Shown: positions 23,774-37,461, numbered from the whole stretch's first letter. The stretch: 60,729 nucleotides of DNA, filler included, from Sphacelaria rigidula (GCA_964200075.2; 9 parts of 9 records of this genome joined end to end with filler, not necessarily neighbours in it); one strand, 5' to 3'. Translations and numbers: made by a program. The notes: a model not told the origin generated them from the sequence alone.

Positions 23774-24859
23774 GTGAGCGTGTGATGGGCGGAACTGTTG
23801 CGGTGACTTGCGCATAGTGGCATGTTTGTTGTTGTTGTTGTTATGTTGTTGTTTGGGCCGCGTGTGTTTGTGGATCGGATACTGTACCGATGTCTTGAGT
23901 GTGTTGAGTGTTGTGTGTTCTCTCATGTCGTGTGTTGACTATGTATGTTCGGGTTTTGCTTGTTTTTTTCGGGATGTGCAACTTTCGTGTATGAATGTGT
24001 GTGTGTGAAATGATTGCGGTGATCTGTGATGATCGTTTGATTATTGGGTTTGCGTTGATGTATTCTGCACCCATGTGGGCATGCAGCACTGCGTTCGTTT
24101 AGCATTGTTTCTTCATTTTTTGTTCTTGTGCGTGTGCGTGTTCGTTTTTTGTTCTTGTTTTTGATGTGCGTGTATGTGTGTGTTTATTTGTTTGTTGCCG
24201 TTGTATTTTTTCGTTTCGTGATTTTTAATTTGTTTTGTTTTTTTCGTTTTTTTTCATTTGTTATATTTCGCTGTCTTCGTTTTTTTACATTTTTTTTTTG
24301 TTCACAATATTTTGGACTTCGGGTACTTTCTCGGCAATGACTTTTGTTTTCGGCACCGTTTTTGTTTTTCCTACAGCTCATCATGCTGTTATTTTGTACA
24401 CTGCGTTTTCCTCGTTGGGCTTCCTCTTTGTGCAGCGAGTGTTTTCCTCCATTGTCTGACAATCTTGGTCATGGTACCTCACACGTGTCTTGTGTGGCGG
24501 CAGGCTGGATGATTCGCAGCGGCTGAGTTTACGTGAGACTCTTGTTCAATAAACGGCACCATCACCCAACCTATTACATGTCCGACAGCTCATAAGCTAC
24601 CTAAAAGAATTAATGGAAGAGGACTCCCAGGTCCATTCCGTTGTCCAAAAACACAAAGTACGTGACGGTAGGGGTCCAAGAAGCCAAAGCGCCGCCATTG
24701 CTGTACCCCGCGTGCTCGGCGGCCAGCACTGGCGGGAGCAAACACGGGAAAAGGGGGGGCCTAGATGAGCAAGCTCATGATCCGGATCAGTACAGTGCTA
24801 ATAAGAAGTAATTTTGAGGTAGCTCATGAGCACTGTCCGACGTGGGCAGTCCAATACAA

Positions 24860-25052
24860 ACATGGCGGCCTGGTTCACAGCGGAGTGTGTTTGGCGATGT
24901 GTTTGTGGAGAATGACCACCTTCAACCCTCTCAACCCGGAGGAGTTCGAGATGTGTTCACTGCGGGGGGCATACAAAATTCAATATGCGAACGCCGTGCA
25001 CTGGTATATCTGAAGTATAAACTATTTTATTTTATTTTATTTTATTTTATTG
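24860..25052 (+). mobile_element. Probable non-LTR retroposon 3' end with (TTTTA)n tail
   Basis: Short ORF end ...FEMCSLRGAYKIQYANAVHWYI* followed closely by attttattttatttt. Confidence 0.4.
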
Positions 25053-26044
25053 TAAGCATTTTTTTTTTTTCTTTCAGGTTTTATCGGTTACCACGACTCA
25101 TACTGGTTTTTCTTTGGATCCCAAACTTTGGAAATCGAGAGATGTGGGGACCCGACACACAATTTTTCGGATGCACATATTTTTTACGACCAATTTTGAA
25201 CGAGATACGGACTCACCGGTCGTTCGGAATCCTACGGATGTACAGCCCCCCGGTTCTCGCCCTTTGATATTTTCGTCCGACCGAACCGATTTGGATTTCG
25301 GTAATGAACAATAATCTGATCCAGTTGCTTATTTTCTCGGTATTCAATGCGCTGCAGCCGATAAACGGTGTTTTTGGGCTTTACTCGGTGAATAATACCT
25401 CCCGATATACGGGGTCTTGCTCCGTATTGTTCTGACAACACAAGATTGGGAAATGTGTTGCGAGCACGACCTGCTACTTTTTTCTGACGCCCGCCGACTG
25501 TCAAGCTTTCGAATGAAAGATGACGGGTTCGTCTGCGGAAAATTCCGATCGAGGGGTTTGATTGGTTTGATTGTCGTAGCTGTGTCCTGCTGTGGTCACA
25601 TGATATAACATACCCAAGAAAAAACCAAACTGAAACACTCACTGAAGAAAAAGAAGGAACAGAAAAAGTCGAACAGAAGGACATAAGAGACTAAGACGTA
25701 AAAATCAAACAAAAACAGAATAAAAAGTCAGCAAAAGCAAAGCACAAAAAGAAAGAAACGGTCCATCTAAGACAACGGATGAGTAAAGCGCTTCTAAGCT
25801 TTCACTTGTGTACATGAACTCAAAAATGGACGGCTGTGCTCGGCATTGAAACGGTCAACCTCACGCTTGAATCTCAGTTCCTTCACTTTTCTCATGAATG
25901 GTTTTGTTTTTTCACGTGACTTGAGGTTCGCATCCACCCCACGTGAACTGTCTGTGGGCCTAGCAGCTAGGTAGACCTCTTTCGGTGCCAAATCTCCCCT
26001 CAAGGATCCTCCCTGCGCAGAACGTTCTCACTCTCTGAACAATG

Positions 26045-26615
26045 GACACACTAATCGTTCATTGCGTCGATAGTAGACGGGCGGACAAACCTATCGATAT
26101 ATATATATATATATATATGTAGTCGAACGCAGTGAATGATGAAATACGTATATTAATGTGTATTGTGAAGGACTACATATGTTGCAAGTATCGATCAATA
26201 ATCTCTAGCAATTACAAGACGATTTTTGTTTCTGTGGATCGGCATAATTTTGACTTTAAAATGACGGAAAATGATGTCGATTCACAAAAAAAAACAAATA
26301 GTCAATGGGTTCAAGAAGGGTAAATATCAGTGGCCATCGATGGACGTCGTGCACCATAGAGTCTGGGATGTGTTTATCGACCGCCACTGGCGTAATTGAT
26401 CGATAGCCATTACCGTCATCAATAGATTTAGTGAGCCGTCTATCGGTATCTTTTATCATCATCAATAAATTTAGTGAATAATCTATTGATTGCCACTGCT
26501 ACCAACAATGGATTCGAAGGTGTGTATCGATAGTTGTTGCCGTTAACAATGGATCCTTGCAGGGAACATCTGTCGATAGCCGGTGACGCCAAATATATTG
26601 ATCTGATTAATGATG
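26045..26615. repeat. ATCGAT-rich element, second copy (opposite orientation to 11140-12220)
   Basis: Direct sequence similarity; includes (AT)n at ~26097-26118. Confidence 0.65.
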
Positions 26616-27131
26616 TTGATGATTTTCGCACTTGAACTGATCACCCATGGGCCCAGCCGTGGTCGCATGACAGAGGTACCTAAGAAAACCAAAACTGAAA
26701 ACACTCGTTCAAGAAAATGAAGGAGCAAAAAAACGTCGAACGGAAACGACGTAGTAGACTGAGGCTACTTCTAATGTATCAAAAATAAAACTTGTCGAAA
26801 AGTGGATTTTTGGCCCTTCTCCGTCGTTTTTCCCCCGAAAAGAGGGCTAGGCGGCTGTTGACACCTTGGAATGACTTGCTCTACTCGCCGAGACGGTCCC
26901 AGAGCACCTTTGCGTTTGCCGTAGGTCACGGTTTCGNNNNNNNNNNNNNNNNNNNNNNNNNNNNNNNNNNNNNNNNNNNNTTAATTAATTAANNNNNNNN
27001 NNNNNNNNNNNNNNNNNNNNNNNNNNNNNNNNNNNNTTTTTCCCCCCTCCCGGTATTTTTTTCCTCCCCCCTCCCCCCCCCCCTCTTCCCGGCCCCCCTA
27101 AATACTTCATTCCCCCCCCCCCCCCCCCCAG

Positions 27132-30100
27132 GATTTCACAATCGACGGGGAGATAGACGAGGACGACGATGAGTACATGGAACAGCTCATTTACGTCGAA
27201 GGTGAGCCTCGGTATGAAGAAGAGTTGGCACACCCGGAAACGCGAATTCGATGTAGACCTGCTTCCCGACATGAGTGGTGGAAGAACGACACCTGTGGCT
27301 ACTCGGTGATATGAGACCGGATATTTCGCCGGACCCACATTTTTTATTCATTATATTTCCCATTTGTTTATTTTCTCTCTTGTGTTTTTTTCGTTTTTTA
27401 GATGACAATTTTTTCCTGTGCTTTTGTTACTGTTCAGACTTCGGGCGATATTATTTTGAATCAGTAACACGGTCTACTGAACCTGTCTATTTCTGCCGGG
27501 GTAGCAAGACGTGAAACTTCTGTTCCGCGTTGATTAATTGGCACCATTGCAAAAAAGTGAGCTGTCGTTGGCTAACCTAAAATGCACTTGCTCCATAAAT
27601 TCATCCGTCATTGAGACTTATTTTACTCAGGGTTACGCGAGGATGGTCGAGAGTGTGGATATTCGCTGACCCTGGGACATTCGCTGTTGGCTCTTGTCTG
27701 TTGAACGGCCATCGATTCCTTCGACTCTATGAAAACCGTGTTTTTCCCCAAATTATTTACCCCCCGCCCCCTCGCTCCCACTTGCCCTGTTCCGCCGACC
27801 GAAATCAAAGGTACCGATGACCCGGAACAGGAGGGCGAGTACGACTCGTCGATTAACAACGTGGTGATTCGCGATATGGTTCTCAGAAATGCGGGCAAGG
27901 AGTGTGTGCGATTGCAGCACTTCGTGACCGACTCCGTTATCATGGACAACGAAATCAGAAACTGCGGGATCACCGACTTCCAGGTCGAGGACGATGGAGA
28001 GAACGGCGAGGGAGTATGTGAGTCTTGAAAAAATATTTGAGTCGTATTTCCCTCGGTGAAAATGTACTTGATGTTGTGTGCCCTCCGTGGTCTGTACAGG
28101 GGAATTTGGTTCTAGCCGGCTTCCGAGACGACGACGGTTAGCTGGAACTGTGCACAAGTTTTGGAGCACTCGAAGTAGTGGGGGATTGAACTGTGTTTCG
28201 TACGTGTGTACTCACACTTGAGGTACGGCCTGTTCAGCCCTCAGACCGCAACGCTAGTCCGTGTGGATCATGAAAATATTTCGAGATGAGTTGGTGGCCG
28301 ATTCAACATATGGCCTACTACTACCCGTCGACTGGGGGTTGAGTTTGCGCTCATATGTGTCGGCCAGGTCTCGCCGGGAACTACCCCCTCATCCTCCTCA
28401 CTTTCTCTGCGTATTTTGTTGTTATTTCAAAACGGAACAGATATCGGAACCGCACCCGATCAGTGGGATGACAAAACCGATGGCGAGCCGGATGTGTGCG
28501 CGGGGAACTTCGTGCTAAACAACGTGATCGAGACACGGGTAAGAAAGGGGGAACAAGGCAGCAGAGAGACTAGAGAAACGTAAAAGCAAGTGTAATATCC
28601 CTGGCTCGATTCGGGCACGGGAGTAGAACCAGGGTGGGGAGGGGGAGAAGCTGGGAGGTATCAACTGATTGGATGCACTAGCAAAAAAGCCAACGCTTCT
28701 GAGGCGTCGCTTGAGACGGTAACACAGTTTGTCTTGTAGTGTCCGTCTGTAGAGGTTGAGGTGGAACATGCGTTCAACGTTCACTTGTTCCGTCCTTGGA
28801 TGCACACTCCACAGTGCGAGTTTGGTGTTTTATCCGTAGCTGTTAAAAAGCAACAGTGGATCCACCCCGTGAAGGGTGGAAAGATCGAAGACGAGCCGCA
28901 TGACGTTCGAAAATCCGAGTAAGAGCGATCATGTTTTGAGTGTGGAACCGTAAGAATGGGCTACTTCACGTGCCCTATTTTCCATCGTTTCCCCAACAAG
29001 GCTTCCTTCGACCCCACCCTGAGTATCCTTTTTTTTCATATTCTCCATTCCGGATCCCATGACCTTGATGGAACCAAATTGCAGGGTGGCGAGGGCGTTG
29101 ATGTGAAGGAAGGTTCCCGAAACAACGTGGTGGAGGGCAACGAGATCTTCGGACAGATCGATCCGGATTCGGGAGGTACGTGATCGCATTTTTTTTGACA
29201 TGGCACGTACAACTCACACACGTAACACAGCGCGTACTCGAGTCATCCATTTTGGTGAGAATCACGACATGGGGAGAAGAAATAACTCGGTTTTTGAGGC
29301 CAACGTCATTCGGTGAGAGTCTAGCGTGGGGGTGGAGAATATTGACATAATTCCTCCCTCCCCCCCCTCCGACTTGTCGCAGGCTAATGGTTTGTTTCGT
29401 GAAGCGGCTTCTTTGTGGCCATTGATCCGAGACATCGTTGGGAGAAGAAACTGTTGTGTATCTGAATTGTCGGCAGTAAAGATCGTCTCGGAAGAATCAT
29501 AGATGGCACGGTTGATTGATTGTGGCTGATTTGTTGCCACCGTCGGGAGTTGATTGGTTTTTTCAACAAGCGTCCCGTATTTTCCACGGAACCAGAAATG
29601 TTTGTGACAAAATATGGCTACACTGACACGTGACAGGAATCGGGATCTCGGGTAGCAACAACGTGGTTCGAAACAACGTGGTCGTCGAGTCCATCGGTGC
29701 ATGCATCAGGCTCGGCGGCGCAGAGGTTGACGGCGTACAGTACGGCATTAACAATGAGGTGAGGTACAGAGGTCCGTCCTTCAATACATGCGGTCGTTCA
29801 CAAACGCGGGGTTTTCACAGCGGTGTGGGTAAAACTTTTCTCGTCTCAGGGCCAATCTGGTAATTTCTGGATATCGAAGTATCTAGTTGTATCTGCACTA
29901 CTTGAGTACAGTCCATATCTGGGTCGCCGTAAGCAAGGGAGAATACCTGGAAAATATACGGGGTGTCGGAGAGAGGGGATGAGGATGCAAACATTTTTGT
30001 ATGGCCTGATGGACGCGACGGAAATTGTGGAACTGCGATTTCGGGTGGGAGGAGCAGGACCTGCCGGAAAGGAGAGATATTGACAGTATCCCTTCATACT

Positions 30101-33100
30101 TCTGATTCATCACTCGTCATCCACTGTTTCCCGATCGTCAGGTGTACGAAAACGACCTGATCGGATGCGAGAACTCGGGGCTCAAGATCATCAACGGACC
30201 GCAATCTGCTGTTTGCGAAAACGAGATCACCGTCCCGTCGGATGCGGACGACGGCTCTGTGAGTTTCGCATCGCTCTGGTCCCGTTCAGTTTGGTCCGAT
30301 CCGTCTTGGATCTATGCGTATATATTCATGTGCGAATTTGAACCATGTCAAGGATGACCCCCGATCTCTGACGGCGCGCCAAGTGTTGCTTTGTGTAACG
30401 CCCCCAACCTCTGATGTCTGCCTCGATTCGGAAAAATAACCTTGACAGTAGTGAAAGTTCCAAAAATGGATAATGACGGCTCGTTTCGTGTCTCGAACTC
30501 ACCCTCGGATCCCCTATACCCCGCGTACGCACCCTTCTTTCTCTTCCCTCCCAAGTACCTCGAGGTGAGAGGAGAAGCATCGGAGCCGTACCTGGACCAA
30601 GACGAGGATTGTCCTAGTGACCTTTCCTTCTACCCCATTCCGCCCACCCCGACCCCCGATAGCGAAGACACGAACGACAGTGACGACGAAGACGACAGCG
30701 ACGAAGACGAGGACTCCTCGGATGACGAGGTCCGTAGAAGGATACGTTGATGGATGATTACGGATGTAGTCGTTGTGAGCCTCTTGTCATCTGTCTGTCT
30801 TGTCTCTTGCGCACCATTTCGCCGACGAGCCGGAACTGCACGTTGCAGTACCCCGCATTCTCCCACGACATTTTGATTGGGTGCCATTCGCGGGATCTGA
30901 AGAGACGAATCTTTCGAGCCTTTCTGTCTAAACATGAAGCGGCTGATTATACGGCCTCACGCAACTCCCCCTTGGCTCTCTGCAATCTACACGTTTTCCG
31001 CTCAGGATTGCCTTGTGCGTTTCTGTCACTTCATTTGCCGTATGGCCCCTTTGAATCTCGAACTCGTTGTGATGTCTGGACGGCTACCCCCCCTCCCTAC
31101 ATTCATCATTTCTACAAAAAGAAGTATTGAATGCCCTTTTATTGACAAAAGAACACCCTAGCTCTCACCGTCTGGTGTAAGTGGTCGTTGAATTTTCTGA
31201 AACCGTCGCTCATTGCCCTCACCCGCGGCCCCGCCCCCCGCCTCTCCCGCCCTCTTCATATCTTATTCTCGACTTGACACTATCCTGCACCGCCCAACAG
31301 GATGAGGCATCTGAGACACCATCCCCGGAGACGTCCCCCACACCACAACCCACCCCGGGAGATTCGACCGAAACGGGGAGCGGGTACAGTTACGTGGGAT
31401 GTTACAAAGACGACAGAGATGACAGAGTCCTCACCTACAACTACGAGGATGAGAGCGACATGACCATTGAGGTGAGCGGTGCGGATGAGGTGGATTTAAG
31501 CAAGCGTGTCACGTCACGGTGATGAGAAGAGATATTACGTCGTCTACTTTTTCTCGCGACTACATGCGCAGACTCGAATCAGCTCTCGTTCGAATCACCG
31601 ACTGTTCGATTCCTAAAGCCTGACTGCTCGGAAGAGGGGAGATTTCGACAGGCAGATCAGAGAAGCTGACTTATTTTTTCCCGAGTCGACGTGGCACAAG
31701 AGCATGATCTAAATATATGTAAATGCCGAGTGAACCCCCGATATCACCTCTTCCCACTACTCCTTGCGCTGAAAAACATTTCCTCATTTTCTTTTTATTC
31801 TGTCTGCGCTACTGTTTTCCCCCGCCGGGGCGTTTCCGGTGCTATGTTGGACGGATGGACGGACGCATGTAACCCCAGGCTTGCGTCGATGCTTGCTTCG
31901 CGGCAAGCCGAACACACGCCGGACTCCAATTTGGAAGAGAGTGAGTGAGGAAGTACCGCGCAGATTTCGAGTGAAAACAAGGTTTCGAACGGAAAATTCC
32001 CCTCAAGTTGACCATTTAGTTTTGACGTTTTCATCTGTCCCCACCTTTCGTACGAGGTGCTAAATGACTTTTCGTTCTTGTGAGAATGATTTATCACTTC
32101 CTACTCCATCCCTGATATTTCACGAGTTCATACAAGTTATGTTGTCTTCAGCCAGTGTTGCCTTTTTGTCTCGGGTGTGTCTACCATGCGAATTACACAC
32201 GGCTGGATGGATCCCTTGGGGTCAGTCCGAGTACGACAATCAATCAATCAATTCAAGATGTAACTGGCCTCGTGCTTGCATGATTGCCTCACTCCCTAGT
32301 AATTACTACACTTTCCTTATTATACTGCACTCCCTACCACGTACACACGTTCCCCCTACGCTAGGTGTTGGTGCGGTAGCCCTGCGTCAGCGGCCGAGTA
32401 CAATGTCTATGGCACGGGCGTGTGTGACAACGACTGCAGCGGTGACGGAGATCAGGACTGCGGGGGCTACGATACTTTCAGCCTGTTCTTGGTCATCAGC
32501 GGGGACAACATGGAGGACCGAGCAGTGGCGATTGCCTCAGGTGATGACTTGATATGCACCGACCCGATGGTCCAGTCACCAAGGAGGAATCTCTTTAAGC
32601 GGAGGGGAGGGTGGAGGGGCGTGGGGGGGGGAACGTACTCATTTGTTGGTTGCCTTGATCACTTGAAAAAATCGAGTAGCTAACCATGATACAATCACCG
32701 CGTAAGCTGTGCTAACAATTATCTTGTTCGACCATTTTTGTTTTTTCCAACGCTGTTACGCATGCACACGAACTCTCAAATTACCCCACAGATGCAACGT
32801 CAGCACCCACTGCAACCCCTGTCGTAGCGACGCCGGTTTCCACGCCGGAGCCCGCCACCCCGGAGCCCGCCACGCCGGAGCCTGCCACCCCGGAGCCCGC
32901 CACGCCGGAGCCTGCCACCCCGGAGCCCACCACCCCAAAGCCCGTTGCTGCGCCGACACCGGAACCTACTCCCGAGCCGACGGCCGAACCGACGGTTGAA
33001 GAGGAAGATGATGATGCCGTGGCGGTGGCGGCTTCTGGAACGTACCTTGGGTGCTACAGGACGAGCGAATCGGATCCCGTCTTGACCTTGGCCTACGACG

Positions 33101-33120
33101 ATAACGATATGACCCCCACG
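27132..33120 (+). CDS. Partial multi-exon gene: right-handed beta-helix (PL9/pectin-lyase-like fold) + acidic linker + WSC + (TPEPA)n linker + start of second WSC. Exons 27132-27201, 27811-28017, 28441-28538, 29085-29175, 29637-29758, 30142-30258, 30556-30729, 31301-31471, 31879-31940, 32365-32540, 32792-33120
   Basis: All 11 exons have AG/GT boundaries with compatible phases, giving 539 stop-free codons. Motifs ECVRL, NGEGVYIGTAPDQW, EGVDVKEGSRNNVVEGN, GACIRLGG. WSC pattern YVGCYKD...MTIEACVDAC...AGLQFGRECWCG...CDNDCSGDGDQDCGG. Both ends run off the contig. Confidence 0.9.
32841..32945 (+). repeat. 15-bp coding tandem repeat (TPEPA)n
   Basis: acgccggagcccgcc / accccggagcctgcc units inside the last exon. 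Confidence 0.9.
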
Positions 33121-34560
33121 GTACGTGGTTATTTCACTGACTGATTCGTCGTTTGCACCACCTTATCGCCGAAGGAGGTATGACTTCAGACGTGGTGGAA
33201 GAACGAAATAGATGCGATACACCTACCCCTCAAGGTAGCGAAAAAAACGTTTCTCTCACGTACACATGTTCCCCCTACGCTACGCGACACCTTTGATCGC
33301 CCGACAGCATCCACCAAACGAGGCTGTCGGCATTTCTCCATCACTTTTTTCATTCAAATATCATCTTGTCCCATCTCATCTCGTTCAGCCAACTTTCCCC
33401 TCCCGTGCACCCGATGATGGAATCAAAACAAGAAATATACGTTACGCGCATGTATTGCTCCTGTCCACGAACAGACGGGATACGTGGAATAAGTACCCAC
33501 CACGTTTTATCAGACGTATGTGGAAAATCTTCCAGCACGCCTGCTTCTCCAGCTCACGATGCACGCCGCCTCTTACCCGAGTGCTTTTTTTTGTCGAAGT
33601 TTCCACGGTTAGGACAAACCATCACGACTCAAAATCACGAAATTCACGATTTCTTCGGCCTGATTGCCCAAAAAAAAAAAAAAAAATTGATCGCTNNNNN
33701 NNNNNNNNNNNNNNNNNNNNNNNNNNNNNNNNNNNNNNNTTAATTAATTAANNNNNNNNNNNNNNNNNNNNNNNNNNNNNNNNNNNNNNNNNNNNCCCCC
33801 CCTGAACGATGTGGGTGAAAACTCCGGAGCGAAAACGGTCAAAATGACGTGTTTGGCTGTTTTTGCGTTTCTGGTCATTTTTCGCACCTTTCCTGGGCAA
33901 AAAACGAGAAGGTATACCTTTTCTAGGCAATTACCCTAATAAAATCCTCAGTGGGTTGTTTATGCAAAACTGTCCCGGGGATAGTGATGTGACTTTTTGC
34001 AAGGCGACTTTGACCCCATTTGAGTGTTCAACCTCATTTTTCAGGATCCTATGTTCTTCATGCTATCAAGTGCAAATGTACTAGATTGATTTTTGATTGA
34101 TTGTCGCACTTTAACTGACCACCCATGCGTCCAGCCGTGGTCGCATGATGGACGTACCCAAGAAAAACTCGTAGCGCTGTTTCGGGATCGGGATTGTTTA
34201 TTCGAGTATATTATTGGTCATTCCAGATTGAACGCTCGGTACAAATAAATGACCCTCCACAGGTAAGGTGCGACGAATCGATCAAATCAATCAAGACTAT
34301 AGACTTTATTTTCGGGTATGAGAGGATAGTGAATGTGGCGGCTACAGGTGAATCGAGTGACAGTTCTTTTTGCTCAAGTAAACGGTTTTGAGCCCAAACA
34401 TCGAACAGGGCGAATGTCCTACATGCCGTGAGTAAATTGCACACCCTGAATAATAATAGAATACGCAGTCAGGATTTTTCGACAAAATGATATTTTGTCC
34501 AGGGTGTGGTAAATTGCAGATCAACAACGCGGTACGTATACCTTTACTATTAATAGTACC

Positions 34561-34935
34561 AGCCCCGGTGGCTCAGTTGGTAACCTCGTAACCTTTTCAA
34601 AATTTGATGGTTGAGTAGGGGGGTTCGATTCCCGGAGCGATCTGGAATCTTTTCTCACACCATGCCCAACAAACAGTGGAGAGCGACTATGTCGTGGGTA
34701 CACAAAATTCGACTTGACGGTCGACGAGGGAAAGGGACTGCCGAACCCCTCTCGCGATAAAAAATAATAAAGGTAAGCACCGCAGAAAGAAGGTGGGGTA
34801 TTAAAAAAAATTTAAAAAGAAAAAGCTCCTATTCTATGTTGACCTTCCTCCTGTGTGACCCCGGCTGCTGCGCCCACATATACCGAAAGGTGTAGACTGG
34901 TGCCCAGAATAAATGGGACGACAACACAACACACC
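34561..34935 (+). mobile_element. tRNA-derived SINE, near full length
   Basis: A-box tggctcagttgg (34569-34580), B-box ggttcgattcc (34622-34632), conserved body and CA-rich tail. Several other copies in the window. Confidence 0.85.
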
Positions 34936-35341
34936 ATGTCCACATGTAGCGGATGTTAGTAACACGACTTTGATTTTTACGTAGATATGCGTGAAGCTAA
35001 ATATCGAGGTTGAACATGTGACCCCTCCTCGTTTTTGATCGGCAGCAGGGTCCGTTGGGTTGATTTTTGGTTGTCACACAAGAAAGTACCGACAAAAACC
35101 CGGCCACGTGTCATCATTCGACCGCAGTACTGATAGAACGAAATATCAACTGTGACGACGAAAAAATATGGAGGATTCAAATGATCTTACGACCCAGCTG
35201 TGTTGACGTGTTACAGGGCGGGCTGCCGCCTGTACAATGTACCACTCAGTACATCCTATTTACAACTCAAACTGGCGATCACCTAGCCGTATCGTGGGCA
35301 ACAAGCGATCGTCAATATCATGTCTCAGTATCGTTCATGTT

Positions 35342-35610
35342 ATGATGATTTCTGCGGTGTGCTGGACAAACATGATAGCTCTAACCTCCGCATTTATACA
35401 ATATCCCAGAATTGCGGCTAGCTTAGCGCGAGCGACAACAGCAACATCACCGCCCGTACATGATCCAGTGCACGAAGAGCGCTCGTTGGTGCTGGGCAAG
35501 TGCACTCGTATTGGGCTAGATCAGGACTCTACACCGCTGGTCGACGCGCTTGCAGAAGCCGCTAGCAACGTTCGGTCTCCGTTGTTCTACCCCGGGCACA
35601 AGATGGGCAG
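35342..35610 (+). CDS. First exon of a PLP-dependent Orn/Lys/Arg decarboxylase-like protein with probable plastid-targeting leader
   Basis: TPLVDALAEAASNVRSPLFYPGHKMG matches the TPL..AL.....F..PGHK.G N-terminal motif of class-I OKR decarboxylases. Hydrophobic leader ends TSA-F. Donor ag|gtgcag at 35610. Confidence 0.75.
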
Positions 35611-36081
35611 GTGCAGTGCTTGTCCCTGTCAAGTGCATTTCGACGCCCGCGAGTCAGGGTCTAGGAGTGATACACTGCAGTGCCATTATTTGCCGAGCGT
35701 GATATTGAAGCAATTGCGGTCGAATGTGCACAGAGTTACCGAGTTTAGACGTGGTGTTGCAGCCCTGCACGTGTTTCACCGTTGGGACTGTGCGCAGCGA
35801 GACACGTGTCACTTTTTTTTTCTTTCAGGTTTTCGCACAGGCCTCAACCCTTCGACAGCGAAAGTAGGCAATCTGTTGGATTGGCATTAATCTCACTTGA
35901 AAGAGGTATGCACTGTCGAGATGGACTACGTTCGCGGTCTCAGGGTTAATCCTTAGATGTCGATTTTGCTGAATCGGCATCAATTTCACTTGGAAAAAGT
36001 ATTCATGATCCAGATGAACTACCATCGCGGTCTAAGGGTTAACCCCTTCTGTGCGAAGAAACTCATGCGGACATATGTCTA

Positions 36082-37394
36082 AGGGAAATGCCATTTCCAA
36101 GTCGCGATTTGGTAATAGTTATGTCCACCTTCAGCTGGAGTTGACTACCCGCCCGCGTTCGTTCCATGTGCCTTGCATCGACACAACACCCCGAATACAC
36201 TCACACAACCCGTAGCCATCGTTCAAGCCATCGCACGGTGCAAACGGCCGCGCAGCAGACGAGAGACGCGCCTGCTGCACAGTACCAAAAAAATATCGCC
36301 AACAGACTCGAGGTGGACATGGGCTATGTCCAACACGACATAGCTCATGTCCACCTCCAGCGATTGGAACACCTGTCCGCGCTCGTCCCATGTGCCTTGC
36401 ATCGACACCACAGCACTTGTGATATGCACTCACACAGTTACAGATGCGAATGGGGGGGTGTTAACCTCCGAATTTCGTCAGGCTGCTCGACGAATTTTTA
36501 TCGACCATAGACAGCTCATTCTCATTTCCGTTCTTCCGTGTGAATACACTTGATTAAACAATACATCACTAGAACGAGCAAATCGTGCGTTTAAGCGACG
36601 CCCTCCCTGTTCACGCGCCACATACACGTCCACACCCCTGACACGCACTGCAAGATGAGCTCCTTTTCCCTCAACTCTTCTAGCGTTCCCTGAAACTCTG
36701 CAAAGTAAATAATTTTTGCCGTCTGCTGTGCCGAGCGTGGGACGTTCCCGGAAAGCGAGGTCATCACAGCATGCATCGTGAGTTGAATCACACAACACAA
36801 AAACAGCGCCCGAATCACACTCGTGGTCGACAAGATCGTCTCTGATTTAGCCGGCTTATCGATGAACTCTCCCCAACAAACCAAATGAAGAGAAAACACG
36901 CAGACGGGACGGTGCAGGCAAGAAGGGAGGGGAGGTCTGAGCCGGAGTAACGTTTTTCGGTGCGTAAAAGATTGTCCGTGCGTGATGCACTCAGACAAGT
37001 CAGTAACAGAGGAGCGTTGCTGCTTGTAAACACAGCCGCTCTGGGGACCCACGTGAGAGCGTGGTGTATACTGGAACAGACAACACCATGGTGACTGTCT
37101 TGTGCCCTTCTCTTTCTTGGTCATGCAGAGTCCACCTTTACCGCCACATGTGGCCTGTCGGCTGTACATAATCTCTGCGCTACCGGTAAGCTTCAGTGTT
37201 GTGCTCATATATACTGAATTGGAATTATTTGACTCGAAATATGTATAGGGCCCAGGTTGCCCACCGTTGAGGCCCAAGGAGAGGCCCAAGGGATCACGTA
37301 CATAGCTGGGGGCAGGACGAGTTCACACTCTCCAAAGGTTTGATGCAATCTGGTCCATGGTGATATCCATAGATGATGGGAGCAGTGGGAAGGA

Positions 37395-37461
<67 letters not shown>

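Noticed and set aside
25794..26040. Charged ORF fragment as exon
   Set aside because: No family recognised and splice sites are ambiguous.
34561..34635. tRNA gene
   Set aside because: A/B boxes are present but there is no complete cloverleaf, and it continues into a multicopy SINE body.
23545..35610. GH18 + lyase-WSC + decarboxylase as a gene cluster
   Set aside because: They lie on three different, artificially joined contigs.
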